Source: Cyanophora paradoxa CCMP329 (taxonomy: Eukaryota; Plantae; Glaucophyta). From it: a stretch of DNA of 64,000 nt. The notes beneath the pieces were generated by a model. It saw only the letters and a list, made by a program, of their open reading frames with translations, did not search any database and was not told the DNA's origin. This document shows, one piece after another, positions 46,501 through 58,600 of this stretch. How positions within the stretch are numbered: the first letter of the stretch is position 1; each line of letters begins with the position of its first letter. The stretch spans positions 186,001 to 250,000 of the forward strand of contig QPMI01000445.1 in NCBI GenBank assembly GCA_004431415.1. The letters run 5' to 3'. The position numbers and the translations under genes are program-made.

Positions 46501-47591
46501 CGGGTGTACCTGGACGTGGAGGACCCGCGGGCGTACGCGGCGCTGGTGCCCGAGGCGCGCGAGATCTCCCCCGGCACCGAGGTCTTCGTCGCCCCGCCCC
46601 GCATCTTCAAGCCCAACGAGCGCTGGATCCTCGAGCAGGCCCGCCCCCCGCCCCCGCCTCCCCCTCCTTTCCCCGCCTGACCCCGCTTCCTTCAGGTGGC
46701 GCGCGGGGGGGCGGACGGGTACCTCGTCCGCAACTACGAGCACCTGCGCTTCTTCGGCGCCGAGCGCGGGGCCCGCATGGCGCGTCCCTGCCCGTACCCC
46801 CGTCTCTCTTCGAAAGCCCTCATCCCTCTACCCCGCGCAGGTGGCGGACTTCTCGTTCAACGTGGCGAACCCGCTCTCGGCGGCGCACTTCCTGGGCCTG
46901 CCGCGGGCCGACCCGCTTGGGGGCGGGGAGGGAGGGGAGGGCGCGCGGGCGCTGGAGCGGCTGACGGCGAGCTACGACCTAAGCGCGGCGGAGCTGGTGC
47001 CGCTGCTGGAGGCGTGCCCCCCGGGGGTCCTCGAGGTCACCCTCCACCAGCGCATCCCCATGTTCCACATGGAGCACTGGCGCCCTCCCCTCCCCGCCCC
47101 TCTTCCCTCCCACCCCCACCCCCGCCCCCGCTCACGTGCCTTCGCGTCTCGCAGCGTCTTCTGCGCGTTCCTGAGCGAGGGGAAGGACTTCCGGGACTGC
47201 GGGCGGCCCTGCGAGGCGCACGCCGTCGAGCTCGAGGACCGCGTCGGCACCCGCCACACCCTCAAGGCCCGCCCGCCCCGCCCCCGCGCCCCTCCGCCTC
47301 TGCCGCGAAACTCGACCCGACTCGCCGTCCGCGCGCGCGCAGGGGGACGCGGGGTGCCGGAACACGGTGTACAACGGGAGGGCGCAGACGGGGGCGGAGC
47401 ACTTCGGGCGGCTGGCGGGGGCCGGGGCGCGGGCCTTCCGGGTCGAGTTCGTGGACGAGGGGCCCGGGCGCGTGCGGCGCACCCTCGAGTGCTACGGCGC
47501 CCTCGCCCGCGGCGAGCTCTCCGGCGCCGACCTCTGGCGCGAGCTCAAGCTCCTCTCCCAGCTCGGCGTCACCCGCGGCTCCATGGAGTAG
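43529..47591 (+). CDS. U32 family (RlhA-like, DUF3656-type long form) Fe-S hydroxylation protein with N-terminal transit-peptide-like extension; ~15 exons
   Basis: PELLA|[106 protein letters not shown]..CGRPC; ~140-aa Ala/Ser/Arg-rich leader containing AAVFVA and LRSSFVG. Confidence 0.9.
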
Positions 47592-48617
47592 CCCGCGCTG
47601 CTGCCGGGTGGCCGCAGCCCGCGCCCCGCGTGCGGTCGAGACGCCGAAACTCGCGAGACGCCGTGAGTGCGATCGAGTGTGAGAATTGCGAGGCATGCAT
47701 ATGTACATGTTACCGTAGTACGTTCAAGTCCCGACTCTGGCACTGAGTCAACGTTATGACAAATGCAAAAAGACGCTGACAGACAGTGACAGTAGTATAC
47801 GTACGACTCCCAGCCTTTGACCCTCCCTGAGTCCCAGGGTCGGGGTACATTCATGAATTTTACCAGCATGCGCGCGCGGACCATGAATTTTACCATGAAC
47901 TTGGAATTTCTAGACTCTGAGTCTAGCTAGTCTGAGAGCAGGCCCTGGCAGCCAGTGCCAGGCCCAGTGGGCCAGTGCCGTGCCGCAGTGCCACGGTGGC
48001 AGGCGCCCGGCTCGGATCCGGATTCCGATCCGGAGTATACGTATACGTATACCGTATACGTACTACTACGCGTACGGTACTACTAGGCTAGTACGAAACG
48101 AACTGAAAGGAACAGATAGGACTTCGAGCGGTTTTCAGCATTTTTTCGTCAGGTTTTGACGGTCACCGGGTTATGTACGTATATGGTCCGGGTACTCCCA
48201 GCTGAGCGACGAGCGAGCGACGTCGACGGTCGACGGGCGTCCGACGGTCGCTCGCGGCGCCAAACTTTTTGAAAGTGGTCGCTAGGCCGGCCACCCCGAG
48301 AGGCCCTGAGGAGGGGAGGCTGGGGGCCTGGGGCCGGGGGCCCTCGCTTGGCCTCGGCTCCCGGGAGTCCCGGCCCCGAGTCCCGGCCCTCGGGAGTCGG
48401 CCCCAGTCGGACCTCGGCCGGGTCGGCCCTCAGGCCCGGCGGCCCCGGCCGCGGCCCGCGAGTCGGGAGTCGGGACTCGGGAGTCGGGAGTCGGGAGTCG
48501 GGACTGTCGACGTCGGGCGGAGTCACTGCCGCGTGCAGCTGTGAGTCGTCCGACGGTCAGTGCCACTGGGCCAGTGAGTCGGGCCTCGGCCGGGAGTCCG
48601 GGACGTCGACTCATGAT

Positions 48618-49139
48618 TAGGGCTGTGGTCGCTGGTGGTCGCTTCGCGAGGTTCCAGCGGCCGCTACGCTTGGCGTTTTCCGCCAGCGACACCTCCTCGC
48701 TCAGCGTTTTTTAAGGCTGACAGGCGCCAAAAAAAGCTCCATCCCGCTTTTTTCTCATCTGAAGGTCGACGTAGGTCGGCGTAGCCGATCAATCTTGCTA
48801 AATTTCGACTGTTTTCGAGCATCCAGGCGCTCCGCTTCGCCCAAAATTTAAAGCAGCCTGCAGCTGGCCTCTATCTCAGAGTCTCGCAGAAATATTTTTA
48901 ATTGACAGATGGCTCGCGGAACTAAGCATTAAATCTGCATTTGCGTACGCGCGCCGCGGCGCATCTTAAAAGCTTGTACGAAATAAACTACACGGAACAC
49001 ATAGATTTTCGGTTGGTCTTCAGCAGTTTTTCGACAGGTTTTGGCGGTACCCCCACCTCAGCGACGGGCCAGCGACGGGCGCCGCTCGCCGGGCTTCAGC
49101 GGCCGCTGGGCCCGCCCCCCCCCAGCGAGCACAGCTCTA
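48618..49139. mobile_element. hAT-type MITE
   Basis: TIR TAGGGCTGTGGTCGCTGG...CCAGCGAGCACAGCTCTA; perfect 8-bp TSD CTCATGAT (48610-48617, 49140-49147); a related decayed fragment lies at ~48125-48290. Confidence 0.88.
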
Positions 49140-49798
49140 CTCATGATCGATATCAGGCCCGGGAGAGTCGGCCCTCGGCCGCGGGCCAATGGCTGGCAAA
49201 CAGTGGCAATGCCTGGCATCATCACTGATTTCATCGGTGGCATGCCATGATTCGGCCCATGAACCGGCCCCTGAATCTGCTGCGCTAGCGTTAATTATAA
49301 GTTGCCGTGAACGACGGAACGTCAATTGCAACCTTCATGAATGACTCAGTGATATCGATGCTGAAATTAGCAGCTGAATTCGAAGAAAACTTTGAAAAGC
49401 TGCGAGCTGATCATGCCATCGATGATGAACCAATTAGTTGTGCACGTGGCAATTGCAATTACACTCTGAATTTACACACTCGCAGCTAGGGCGAACACAC
49501 TAGTACTGTTCGACATTATAATTAATATTCTGGCTGTTTCAAGTTTAAGTCCGTGGAGAGTCACTGGAGACTCTGATATTTCGCGACGAATTCGAAATTC
49601 GCACACATAGAGATCGCGAACCGTTGAACTCGGAAGATCGGGTATTGCAGGGCAATTTGCAGCTACTACTACTATTGCTGTTCACCATTATTTGAAAAAA
49701 AGCATATATGGATACCATATGACTGCGATTCATGGTTATGCGAAGTTGCGAACTGCGATCCTCAGACTCCGAGTCTCCGGATCCGACGGTCAGAGCGC

Positions 49799-50118
49799 TA
49801 CCGTAGAACACAATATTAAGGTCTGTAATTTATTATGTCGTCCCGAAATTATTTCGCCTTGGACGGGACAAAACGACATAATTTGTGGACGTCATAATAC
49901 GGGCTCGCTAAGTCGCCCTACAGTACCCCCCAAAATTACCGCCCCATACAATTGTTTTTTTGGTGAATTACCGGCCACAGCCTCTAGTCTAATTACCGCC
50001 CCATACAAGCCTGAAAATTTCATGCCGACATAATTTGGGGACGACATATTTCGCATGGAAAAGGCTCGGGTTTTAAAACGACATAAATTTGCATGACATA
50101 ATATTGTGTTCTACGGTA
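49799..50118. mobile_element. Pogo/Tc2-type MITE (family D)
   Basis: Perfect TA-CCGTAGAACACAATATTA...TAATATTGTGTTCTACGG-TA; iterated ACGACATA motif. Confidence 0.88.
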
Positions 50119-50159
50119 GCGTTCCTGGATCGACTCTCCGAGCTCGAGCTCGAGTGATC

Positions 50160-50424
50160 TACCGTGTAACAGGAAAATACTGGACGCTGAAAATTAGTGG
50201 AGCCGGAAATTAGTGGACCGAAATCTTGACTCAGTCCACTAATTTCCCGCTCCAGTATTTCTCTGCTGCTAAGCTGCCCCGTACAGTACCCCCCAAAATT
50301 ACCGCCCCATACAAGCCTGAACAGGTTTTGGTCCACTAATTTCGGGCTCCAGTATTTCGCCTATGAGAGGGCCAAGTTTTATGATCCACTAATTTCCGAT
50401 CTGGTATTTTCCTGTTACACGGTA
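50160..50424. mobile_element. Pogo/Tc2-type MITE (family B, intact)
   Basis: Perfect TA-CCGTGTAACAGGAAAATAC...GTATTTTCCTGTTACACGG-TA; iterated AAATTAGTGGA motif. Confidence 0.9.
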
Positions 50425-51103
50425 TACGTAGATCTGGAGTCTGGATCGCCCACTGGCCCTGGCAGTGGCTGCCACTGGCTGGCACTGGCCACGGCCATGG
50501 CATGGGCTAGTGGGACTGTGGGAGGCTGCAGCTGGGACTCTCGGAGCCCGGACTCCGGAGTCCGGACTCCGGAGTCCGGAGTCCGGACTCCGGCCGCGGA
50601 TACCCGGACCGTCGGACTCCCGGATCCGGAGCCGCCGGGGCCTGCCGCCCTATAGGCGGCTAGGCCTAGTACTAGGCCGCGAGGCTACTTACTACTTAGT
50701 AGTAGCGGGCTACTAGCGGCCCTGCGTAATGGAGGCCGCTGCTGGACCAGTGCTGGTCAGTGGTCACGCTCAGGCTCGCGCGGCTCAGCGGCTGCTGCAC
50801 TGGTGAATTCGAATTGACGAATCAGTGTGGTGATGGCACATGTACAGTGAATCCGATCCGTGTCATGATTCCGTGATGCCTGGCTATAGGCAGCCTGGCA
50901 TAATAAATAAATCAGTGGCATTGCCTGCATCATGGCTGCAATGCCGCTGCATGCACGTTTTGCAAATATATGCATGACTCAGTGACTCAAGAAGATCGCC
51001 GAGTCGGACCAGCCTGAGTGAAGATTCACTAAAGAAACTACAGCGGACTGGCTGGCTCAGCCCGTACGGCGGTACCTGGACTCCGGTCCAGCCCACTAGG
51101 TAC

Positions 51104-51355
51104 TACCGTAAAACACTTAATTAATGCGCTCGATATTAATGCGTTTTTGGACCCGGACCCCTCGTATGGCTAATAATGCGCCCCCAAATTAATGCGTTTT
51201 GGAGCTTTCTGCCTGCGTTAGGGGGGTACGTACCGCAGTTTTCTTAGCGTTTCAATATTAATGCGCCCCCGAATTAATGCGTTCTGCCTGCGGAGAACGC
51301 ATTAATACGGGGGCGCATTAATTAAGTGCGCGCATTACTTAAGTGTTCTACGGTA
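51104..51355. mobile_element. Pogo/Tc2-type MITE (family A, inverted relative to the 28123 copy)
   Basis: TA-CCGTAAAACACTTAATTAATGCG...CGCATTACTTAAGTGTTCTACGG-TA; internal GGACCCGGACCCC is the reverse complement of 28347-28359. Confidence 0.87.
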
Positions 51356-52686
51356 GTAGTACAGTACTAGTACTGGGCCAGTCTCCCGGGTCGTCCGGGA
51401 CTCCCGGGACTTCTGAATCAAAGTTATGACTCCGAGTCCAGTGAGTCGCTCCGCGGCCGAGCCTCCGACTCGGCGAGTCGGAGGATCCCGGGCCGGGCCC
51501 GGCCGGGACTCCGGGAGGACCGGGATCGGGGCCCGGGGGTCCCGGACTCCCGGTCCGCCGCCGGGTCCCCGGGGCCCGGGACCGGCCGATTCCGGGCCGA
51601 AGCGCTAGCCGAGTCGGAACTTCGGAAATGACTCGGAAATGCATACTGTAGAACTGGTTAATTTAGTACAGGAAAATAATTAGTACTTTGCCACATTAGC
51701 AGCTGGTAATACTTTAGTAGGTCGGTCTTCGCGGGGCTTTTCAAGTTTGTATGGCGGAGACGGAGGCTCACGGAGCTACCCCTCAGAATTCTCGGCCTCA
51801 TTGACGACATCTCAGAGTCTACCGGCTAACTTCGTAAGTTTTGCAAAAACATATTTTGGCTGGCGCGGCAGACGCCGGCAGTACGTAATTATATAAGTGG
51901 CGCGGCACTGGCGCCGGGCGGGCAGTGGCGGCGGCGGCGCCGGCGCCCGGCCGCCGGCGGCCGCCGGCCTGGCTCCGGCGGCCGCCGGGCCGGCGCCGGG
52001 CCGCCGGGCCACCGGCGGCCCACCGCGCGCCGGCCAGCCCGGCGGCCTGCCGGCGCCAGGCCCCCTGGCAGGCTGGGCCAGGCTCCCGGCCAGCCCCCGG
52101 GCCCCGACTCTCAGACTCTGAGACTCAGACTGAGAGTCTACCGTGACTCCGTGAGTAATGACATGATTGACATCATATTGACTCAGTGAGCAGCGTGCCA
52201 GTATGATACCCTGGTAGTAAAATAACTCTAATAAAGCAGCACCGCCGCAGGCAGCACTGGACTCGTGACTGGAGCAGCAGCAGGCTGAGCCAGCAGCAGC
52301 AGCAGCAGCGCGCGGCAGCAGCATGCGCAAACCGGCACCGGACTCTGGGAGGTTGATCGGCTGCTTGCGCTTGCTGCAGGTTTCGTGTTTGCACCGGCAG
52401 GCCTGGGCCTAGGCGAGCTTCGGAATTGCGAATCCTGCAGCAACGTTAACCAGCGCCGCGCACGCAGTCGCTGAGCGTGCACGTATACGTATATACGTAT
52501 AGATGGATAGGGCGGTGAAGGCCTAGAATCGAAACATAAGGCTAGGGCTATCAGCTTCCGCGCAAGTCGAATCAACGGCACGCGCAGCACTCGCCGCGCA
52601 CGCGCGAGTGCGCCGTTTCCTTCAGCTGGCGAGCCCGCAGCCGGTCGGATTGAATTAGCTATAGGTCGCAGCCTCACTTGAAAGCA

Positions 52687-55600
52687 ATGAGCATCCTTAC
52701 GCGCCAACCTTCAAATCCGCAAGGGGGGGGCACTAGTACTAGTACTGTGCCCCGCACAGCGGCGGGATCAGGATCAGGTGGATCAGGCGGGCGACCGCGA
52801 GGGCCTGTGCTGCATCGGATGCACAGGCGATTTGTTGCTGTGCTCTTGCTAGTCTGTGTTCTTCAAGGCATCCCTGCTGGGCGCTGCCAAGGTAAGCTGT
52901 CGCGATTGCAACTGCTTCGTAATATCGGGCTGGGGTGGCGGGCCTATAGCTACAGCTAGGACTGGTTATGGTTATTGTTTGGACCGACTGTTCCTGCGCA
53001 TGCGCAATCGCCATCGCCCGTAGTTGACTCGTCTGATCGCCCCAGTTTTCACACCATTGACCGTGTCGCCACCTCCCGCCGATAGCTTCCTGCTTGGCGG
53101 CGTTATCACTCCAGACCCGCGTGGTGTAACGTGCGGTGCGTGTATATATGGAGGACCGGCTGATATGCACATGGTTTTGCTCCCCATTTTACCGTGCCAG
53201 TTTGGTCGAGGCTTCAGTTTTACGTATTCGGCGGCGCCTCTTAATTTTTCGAGATCGCATGCGCGCGCAGATCAGGGCCAGTCGTCGGCAGACCCCATCT
53301 TCCGAGGTGCCGCAAAGTGTCATTTTATCTGCATGCTGTGACTGCATGCTTGGGTGTGCTGTGACGTTCTAGCTCTCAACGAAGGCCACCGCGCAGACAC
53401 TGATCCGAGCGGGACGGCGGAATGTGAGCTGTATTGGATGTGCGGAGATCCAGCGTTCTGCGGCAGCATACAGCTCGCTCTGATCGGCGGGCCAAGTCTC
53501 TACACGAGGGACGCCCGGTTGACGCCTGGTGAGTCTCACTACGCGCATTTCGAATTCGTTCCGAGTAATTGAGTGTTCATGTCCGGTATTCATCAATTGA
53601 TTACGAATGCCGCTTCCGTGCAGGTCAGTACGACGTGGCCCCAACGCTCACCCGGATTGTCGACGCGGACCCCGCTTTTCCGGTGCTTTTGAACTCTCGT
53701 TCAAATGGCACTCCAATCCTCAATCGTTCGACCTAACCTGTGCCATTTTCACTTTTTTCAAAACCTAACAGGGCGTTTTCTACCACGTTTACCGGTGATT
53801 TAAATTGCGATCAATTTCGGCTTCGGCGTCAGTATATATACTGACTCTGTTGTTGGGCTGACTCCGAATCTCCGCTTCATTTGTATCTGCAGGTTTACAG
53901 TCAATCACACGGCCGCCCTCAACTTCTCAAGGGGATCCACACGTGACTTTGCGGTTCTGTGCGTCCTTTCAGATAGATTCTAGATCAAGACCATTCCGAC
54001 GTCATGAAACTTCCAATACATCAGCGCTAATCACGCGACTTTAACGTATACGTACGCAGGCACTTGCCAACTGCTACATCGCTGGTCCCGTCCCCAAACC
54101 TCACGCTCGCGACCATGAACGGCGCGGCTTTTAACTTCACGCTGCACTTTTACCCCGGCGGCAAGAATGCGAGCGTGGACAACATTCGCCTGCACGGGAC
54201 CTATGTGGTCGCGGGTCCGCGCTTCCCTCCGGAAGTCGGTCTGTGTGAATACGATTTGATTACGGCGCACAGACGTGATCGATCCGAATCGGCTCGACTT
54301 GCATCCCTCGGTTGGTTTTCATTCGCTGTACATGTACATGTTGGTTCCCCTAGGCCTGGCCCGACTCGTCACCGCTGCAGGTGCAGGCTTTCCGAGCCGA
54401 CCACCCGGGACCGTACCGCCTTTACATCGGCCTCAGTGCGCGCATGCGATTGCGCATGCGATTGCGGCTCCAGATCCGCGCCGGCGCCGTTGCCGACTGC
54501 GCTTGCGCTTGCAGACCGGACCGCGAATGGGAACCTCACGTACTCTTCCGCAATGCTCTCCGTCGACCGGGAGGGCTCTCTCGCCGAGTACCGTGTGAAG
54601 CACCGGCCGCTCCGCCTCCAAGCGGATGGCCAGCCATACGCGTTCGCGTATGCGAGAGGGACGGACTACAGCCGAATGTACGCCTGGACCACGCAACTGG
54701 GTCTTGGATCCCGGAACGCTCGTCGAGATCTCTGAGATACGTCTGTGCAGATCGGGTCCCTGGTATAACGTCACAGCAGTCTTCCTCGCGAACGTGGGGT
54801 TCGCCTCTGACGGGTACGCGCTCAGAAATCTCGAAACCCGTGATTTGGTGACCACATGAGTAATTATAACTGGATACCCTCGCACGCGTACGTGCACGGA
54901 CGCAGATTCGAGTTCGTAATTGAGACGCAGAGTGGCAACACAAAGAATACGAGCGTCTACATCGTGCATGTCTTCACTATGCTGGTGGCGGGCGCGGACA
55001 TGAGCGCGATTCGATCTGTTTCGATCGCCGAGCACATTTCGTACCCCTTCAAAATCGATTCTACAGGCGACTATTTCCGCTTGTGGATGCGCGTCGCGGC
55101 GCCCCAGAGCAGCTGGACAGCGTTGAAGTCTCCCGAGGGAAACTTCCTCTGGACGCACGACAAGCTTAAGGGCAGCAAGATATACAATTTCGTGTTCAAG
55201 ACCGATGACGGCGTACGCACTCATTTCTCTGCCAAATCCCTTGATTTCTGCCAGATCCATCTCTGCCGCAGTTCGGAAATAGAACCATCATTGCTGACCT
55301 TTTACTCCCATCGGTGCGTCTTTTACTTATGCAGCGATGTATTTATAATTATCAGAGGAGCCACAACTTTCGCTATCTATATTTATACATTCCGAGCAGG
55401 CAATCTACTCCAGGCAAGCCCCCGCGCACGTCCGGATGAACATGCATTTCATTTTCTTGCTGAATGTAATTTCCGCGTGCTTGTCCTCAGCGTCCAGACG
55501 GTCGTGAAAGGCTACAATTTCACCGTTTGGCTGTCTGAGCAGCGCCCCATGCGCGTTGTGATGAACAAGCTTGCTGGATTCTATCTGTATCTGGCACCAG

Positions 55601-58600
55601 GCAGCCCTACATTTGTTAAGCAAGACTTTAAAGGTCGGCATTAAAGACTAATTGGCGAAACTAATTGGCGCTGATTTGAGCCGGGTTCACTCGCCCAGCA
55701 ACGGTTGTGGCGCCCGAGGGATCCCGCGCCAATGTCGCGGCGATGGAGGCTAGTATCAAAGTGGAAACGGTCAGGGATGCCAATAACGCTCTCTTGCCAA
55801 TTCTTTTCGTTGGAGTCTCTTCGGCAGAGCCCTTCTCTCAGCCAGTTAGTGTCCGGCTCGGGTTTTCGCAAATGGTTTACAGTGTTTATCCACTGCACTC
55901 TTTCGGGATTTTTGATTTGATCGTCTACGGCACTTCGGCATATTGCTGGGGTGGCGAAACGCTTTGGAACAACATCGGAGTGAGCTACAAGAGTTCATAT
56001 GCTCTAGATCTCCTCAATTTGAATTGATGGATCGTACTGCAGTTTTCCGCCTGTGAAGCAAGTTGGCCTTGGCAGCCAGCCTCCGCTATTCCGTACGACA
56101 ATCCCCCTCTCATGCCGTCCGACTTTATGTGAGCTCCAGTTACACTGAGCTCCAGAGCGCCGTCAACGACATATTCACGGTTTCATCGCAGCGTTAACAC
56201 GACAACGCCGGGGCTAGGATACGTTGCTCCTCCAGTCGTGAACGCAGCCGGGAGCCACATTTTGTGGTACTTCATTGGCACGACTGGGGGCATCAGCGGC
56301 GAGATAAACATGCGCTGGGCTCCCGGCAATCTCCCGCTCCTCAGGCCTACCGACGCGGAAATCGATTCGTATGACCGCATTAGCGTTTTGAAGGCCAATC
56401 TTCGCTGCCCTGATCGCTTGGCTCGAAATGCCTATGGCGAGTGCTTCTTTCAAGGGGATTACGACAGCAATGCGCTCGGGTACACATGGACTGCAAGCGA
56501 CCTTGCAACTGAGAAGCTGTGGACAGGCGCCAATTTCCGGGAGGTCGGCATCCCTGGCAACGGCTCCTTCGCTTTCTTCGCTAACGAGACAGAGGTAAGC
56601 TCGATCACAGGCGCTTTTGAATTTATTCGCTTCAGATCTAGATTCAATTGAATCGGGATTTTCTGCAGTTGCAATCGGGAACGGTGCAGAACGTCAGAGT
56701 ACTCTGGGCTGATTTCTGGGCTGAAGACTACGGAATCGAGAGCGAACTGAATCCCGCAGCGCTGACCTCTGTGAAGGCGTGCTCTTTCGGACGCTGCTTC
56801 GCGGTTGCTTGTCTGAGGAACCAACTGATTGAGACCGCAGATCGTGGATATAGACACCTCTGCGAGCTTCTGCGCGCTCGCTGTGGACCCGGCTGGGGTC
56901 TCTCTGAACATGGTCCGAAAGCATCTTATGCCCGTCTGCACGTTGCTATCGCTGACACAGTGAGCAGCGAGGCGTGTGCTCTCTGGTGTCCGCGGTTGAC
57001 AGCACCGGGCTTAGAGGTCCTCTCTCTAAGGACGATTTCAACTACAATGGGACGTTCCCCTTCCAGTACCGAACATTTTTTGAGCCTACTACATCGGCCG
57101 AAAACACCTCGGTTCGTTCACTTGCTGGCTTGGTTGAGCGCCGCGTCTGACGGAACGCGTACGGCTGCTCCTTAGTACGATATCGTGATCGAGTCTCGGA
57201 GCGATTACACACCCGGCTGGTCGGTCAGCTTCTTCTGGACGAACGTGATGGGTACGCATCCCACGCCGCCGAGGCCTGTGTTCACGGCTGTCTTTCCCGA
57301 GGTGCGGAGTCAAATTAGAAAAAACAATTGTCTGCCTGCGTGCACGTGCGCCCCTTTATTTGGCGTGGAATCGCGCAGTTTGTGCAAGCTAATATGGGAT
57401 GCAACTACGAGGCACTATCGAAAACCGGCGTATGGCCGTGCGCGTATTCATTAATGCGATCCTGACATTCCGAGCTCACGCAGACCGGAAACCCCACGTA
57501 CAAGTGCTCCGTCTGGCAGAAGCCGTCGATTCCGGTCGACTTCTCTAGCCTGCCAGCTTTAACAGTGGAACCGGCTGGGGCCGGGACGGCGTCCACCACT
57601 TTGATAAAGACCTGCGCAACGCACTGTCCGACTGCAACCGACGACTCCACGCTCTTTTGCTCGGGCCCGTGCACAACTGCGGGCGTCACGCAGTTCGTGT
57701 CCTTCACCTTCACGCCCACTCGCGCGGCGGACGTCTCGAGCACCGGGGGGGCACTGATACGCTTCCCGTACGACTTCAACGTTATCCGCTATTGGGATAA
57801 CACCATCGCGTCAGTCGCGAGCGTCCTCATCTCGTTCCTCCGTGCGCAGTCGCGATTGCTGCGCATGCGGTTTATAATCGATCTCGATGACCGACTGCAC
57901 TGCTCGCGCTGCGCACGCGCATGATAATGTGCAGGCGTTCAGATCAGTTGCAACACAATGAGGCAAGCAAACAATCAATGATCATGTCAGCATCTTGCCG
58001 GCACCTAATTCCTGCCGCAGAATCCACGCGACTGGTAGCGCGACCTGCACACTCACGCCAACAGCGGATTCGTGCGCATTTAACGTCCTGGTTCAGTAGA
58101 AGCAGCTGCAGTCCTGACTAAGTGCTTCTGGGCAGTGGGCCGATCCCGCAAGACGCTTCAGATCTTTTCATTATTAATTCGGCTGACACGTCTGCACTCA
58201 CCATTGGCTCGTTCTCCGTCAATGCAGACGGCTCTAAGGTAAGAACAAAACGCAGGCTCTTACCTCATGTAGCGGCTTTGGAACAAACAATTTGATGTCG
58301 GCCTGCGGTGCACGCGCAGGCGGAGTTCAAAGTCACAGCCGCGAACCTCGCTACGTACACCACCGGCAAGCAAGTCACGCTCTCGTACGCCACGGCCATC
58401 GGAGGGGGCGCCGTCCAGGGCTCGCCCCTGTCCTTCGACATTATCGTCTCCACTATCACCTGCACACCAACGTCCCTCGTGCTTCTGGTGGATGCGCCAG
58501 TGTACGCGGAGTGCACCAGCAGCCCCTCCGGCGGCACTCCGTCGATTCAAGTGAGTGATATGGACGCCGCCATCGGCGGGCCGCCGGAATCCACGTACTC

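Noticed and set aside
28123-51740. The two spacers as arms of one giant inverted repeat or composite transposon around the gene island
   Set aside because: Shared families A, B and C are each inverted, but the order (A,B,C vs B,A,C) is not a mirror image, the copies are clearly diverged and the intervening DNA does not align. Independent insertions are simpler.
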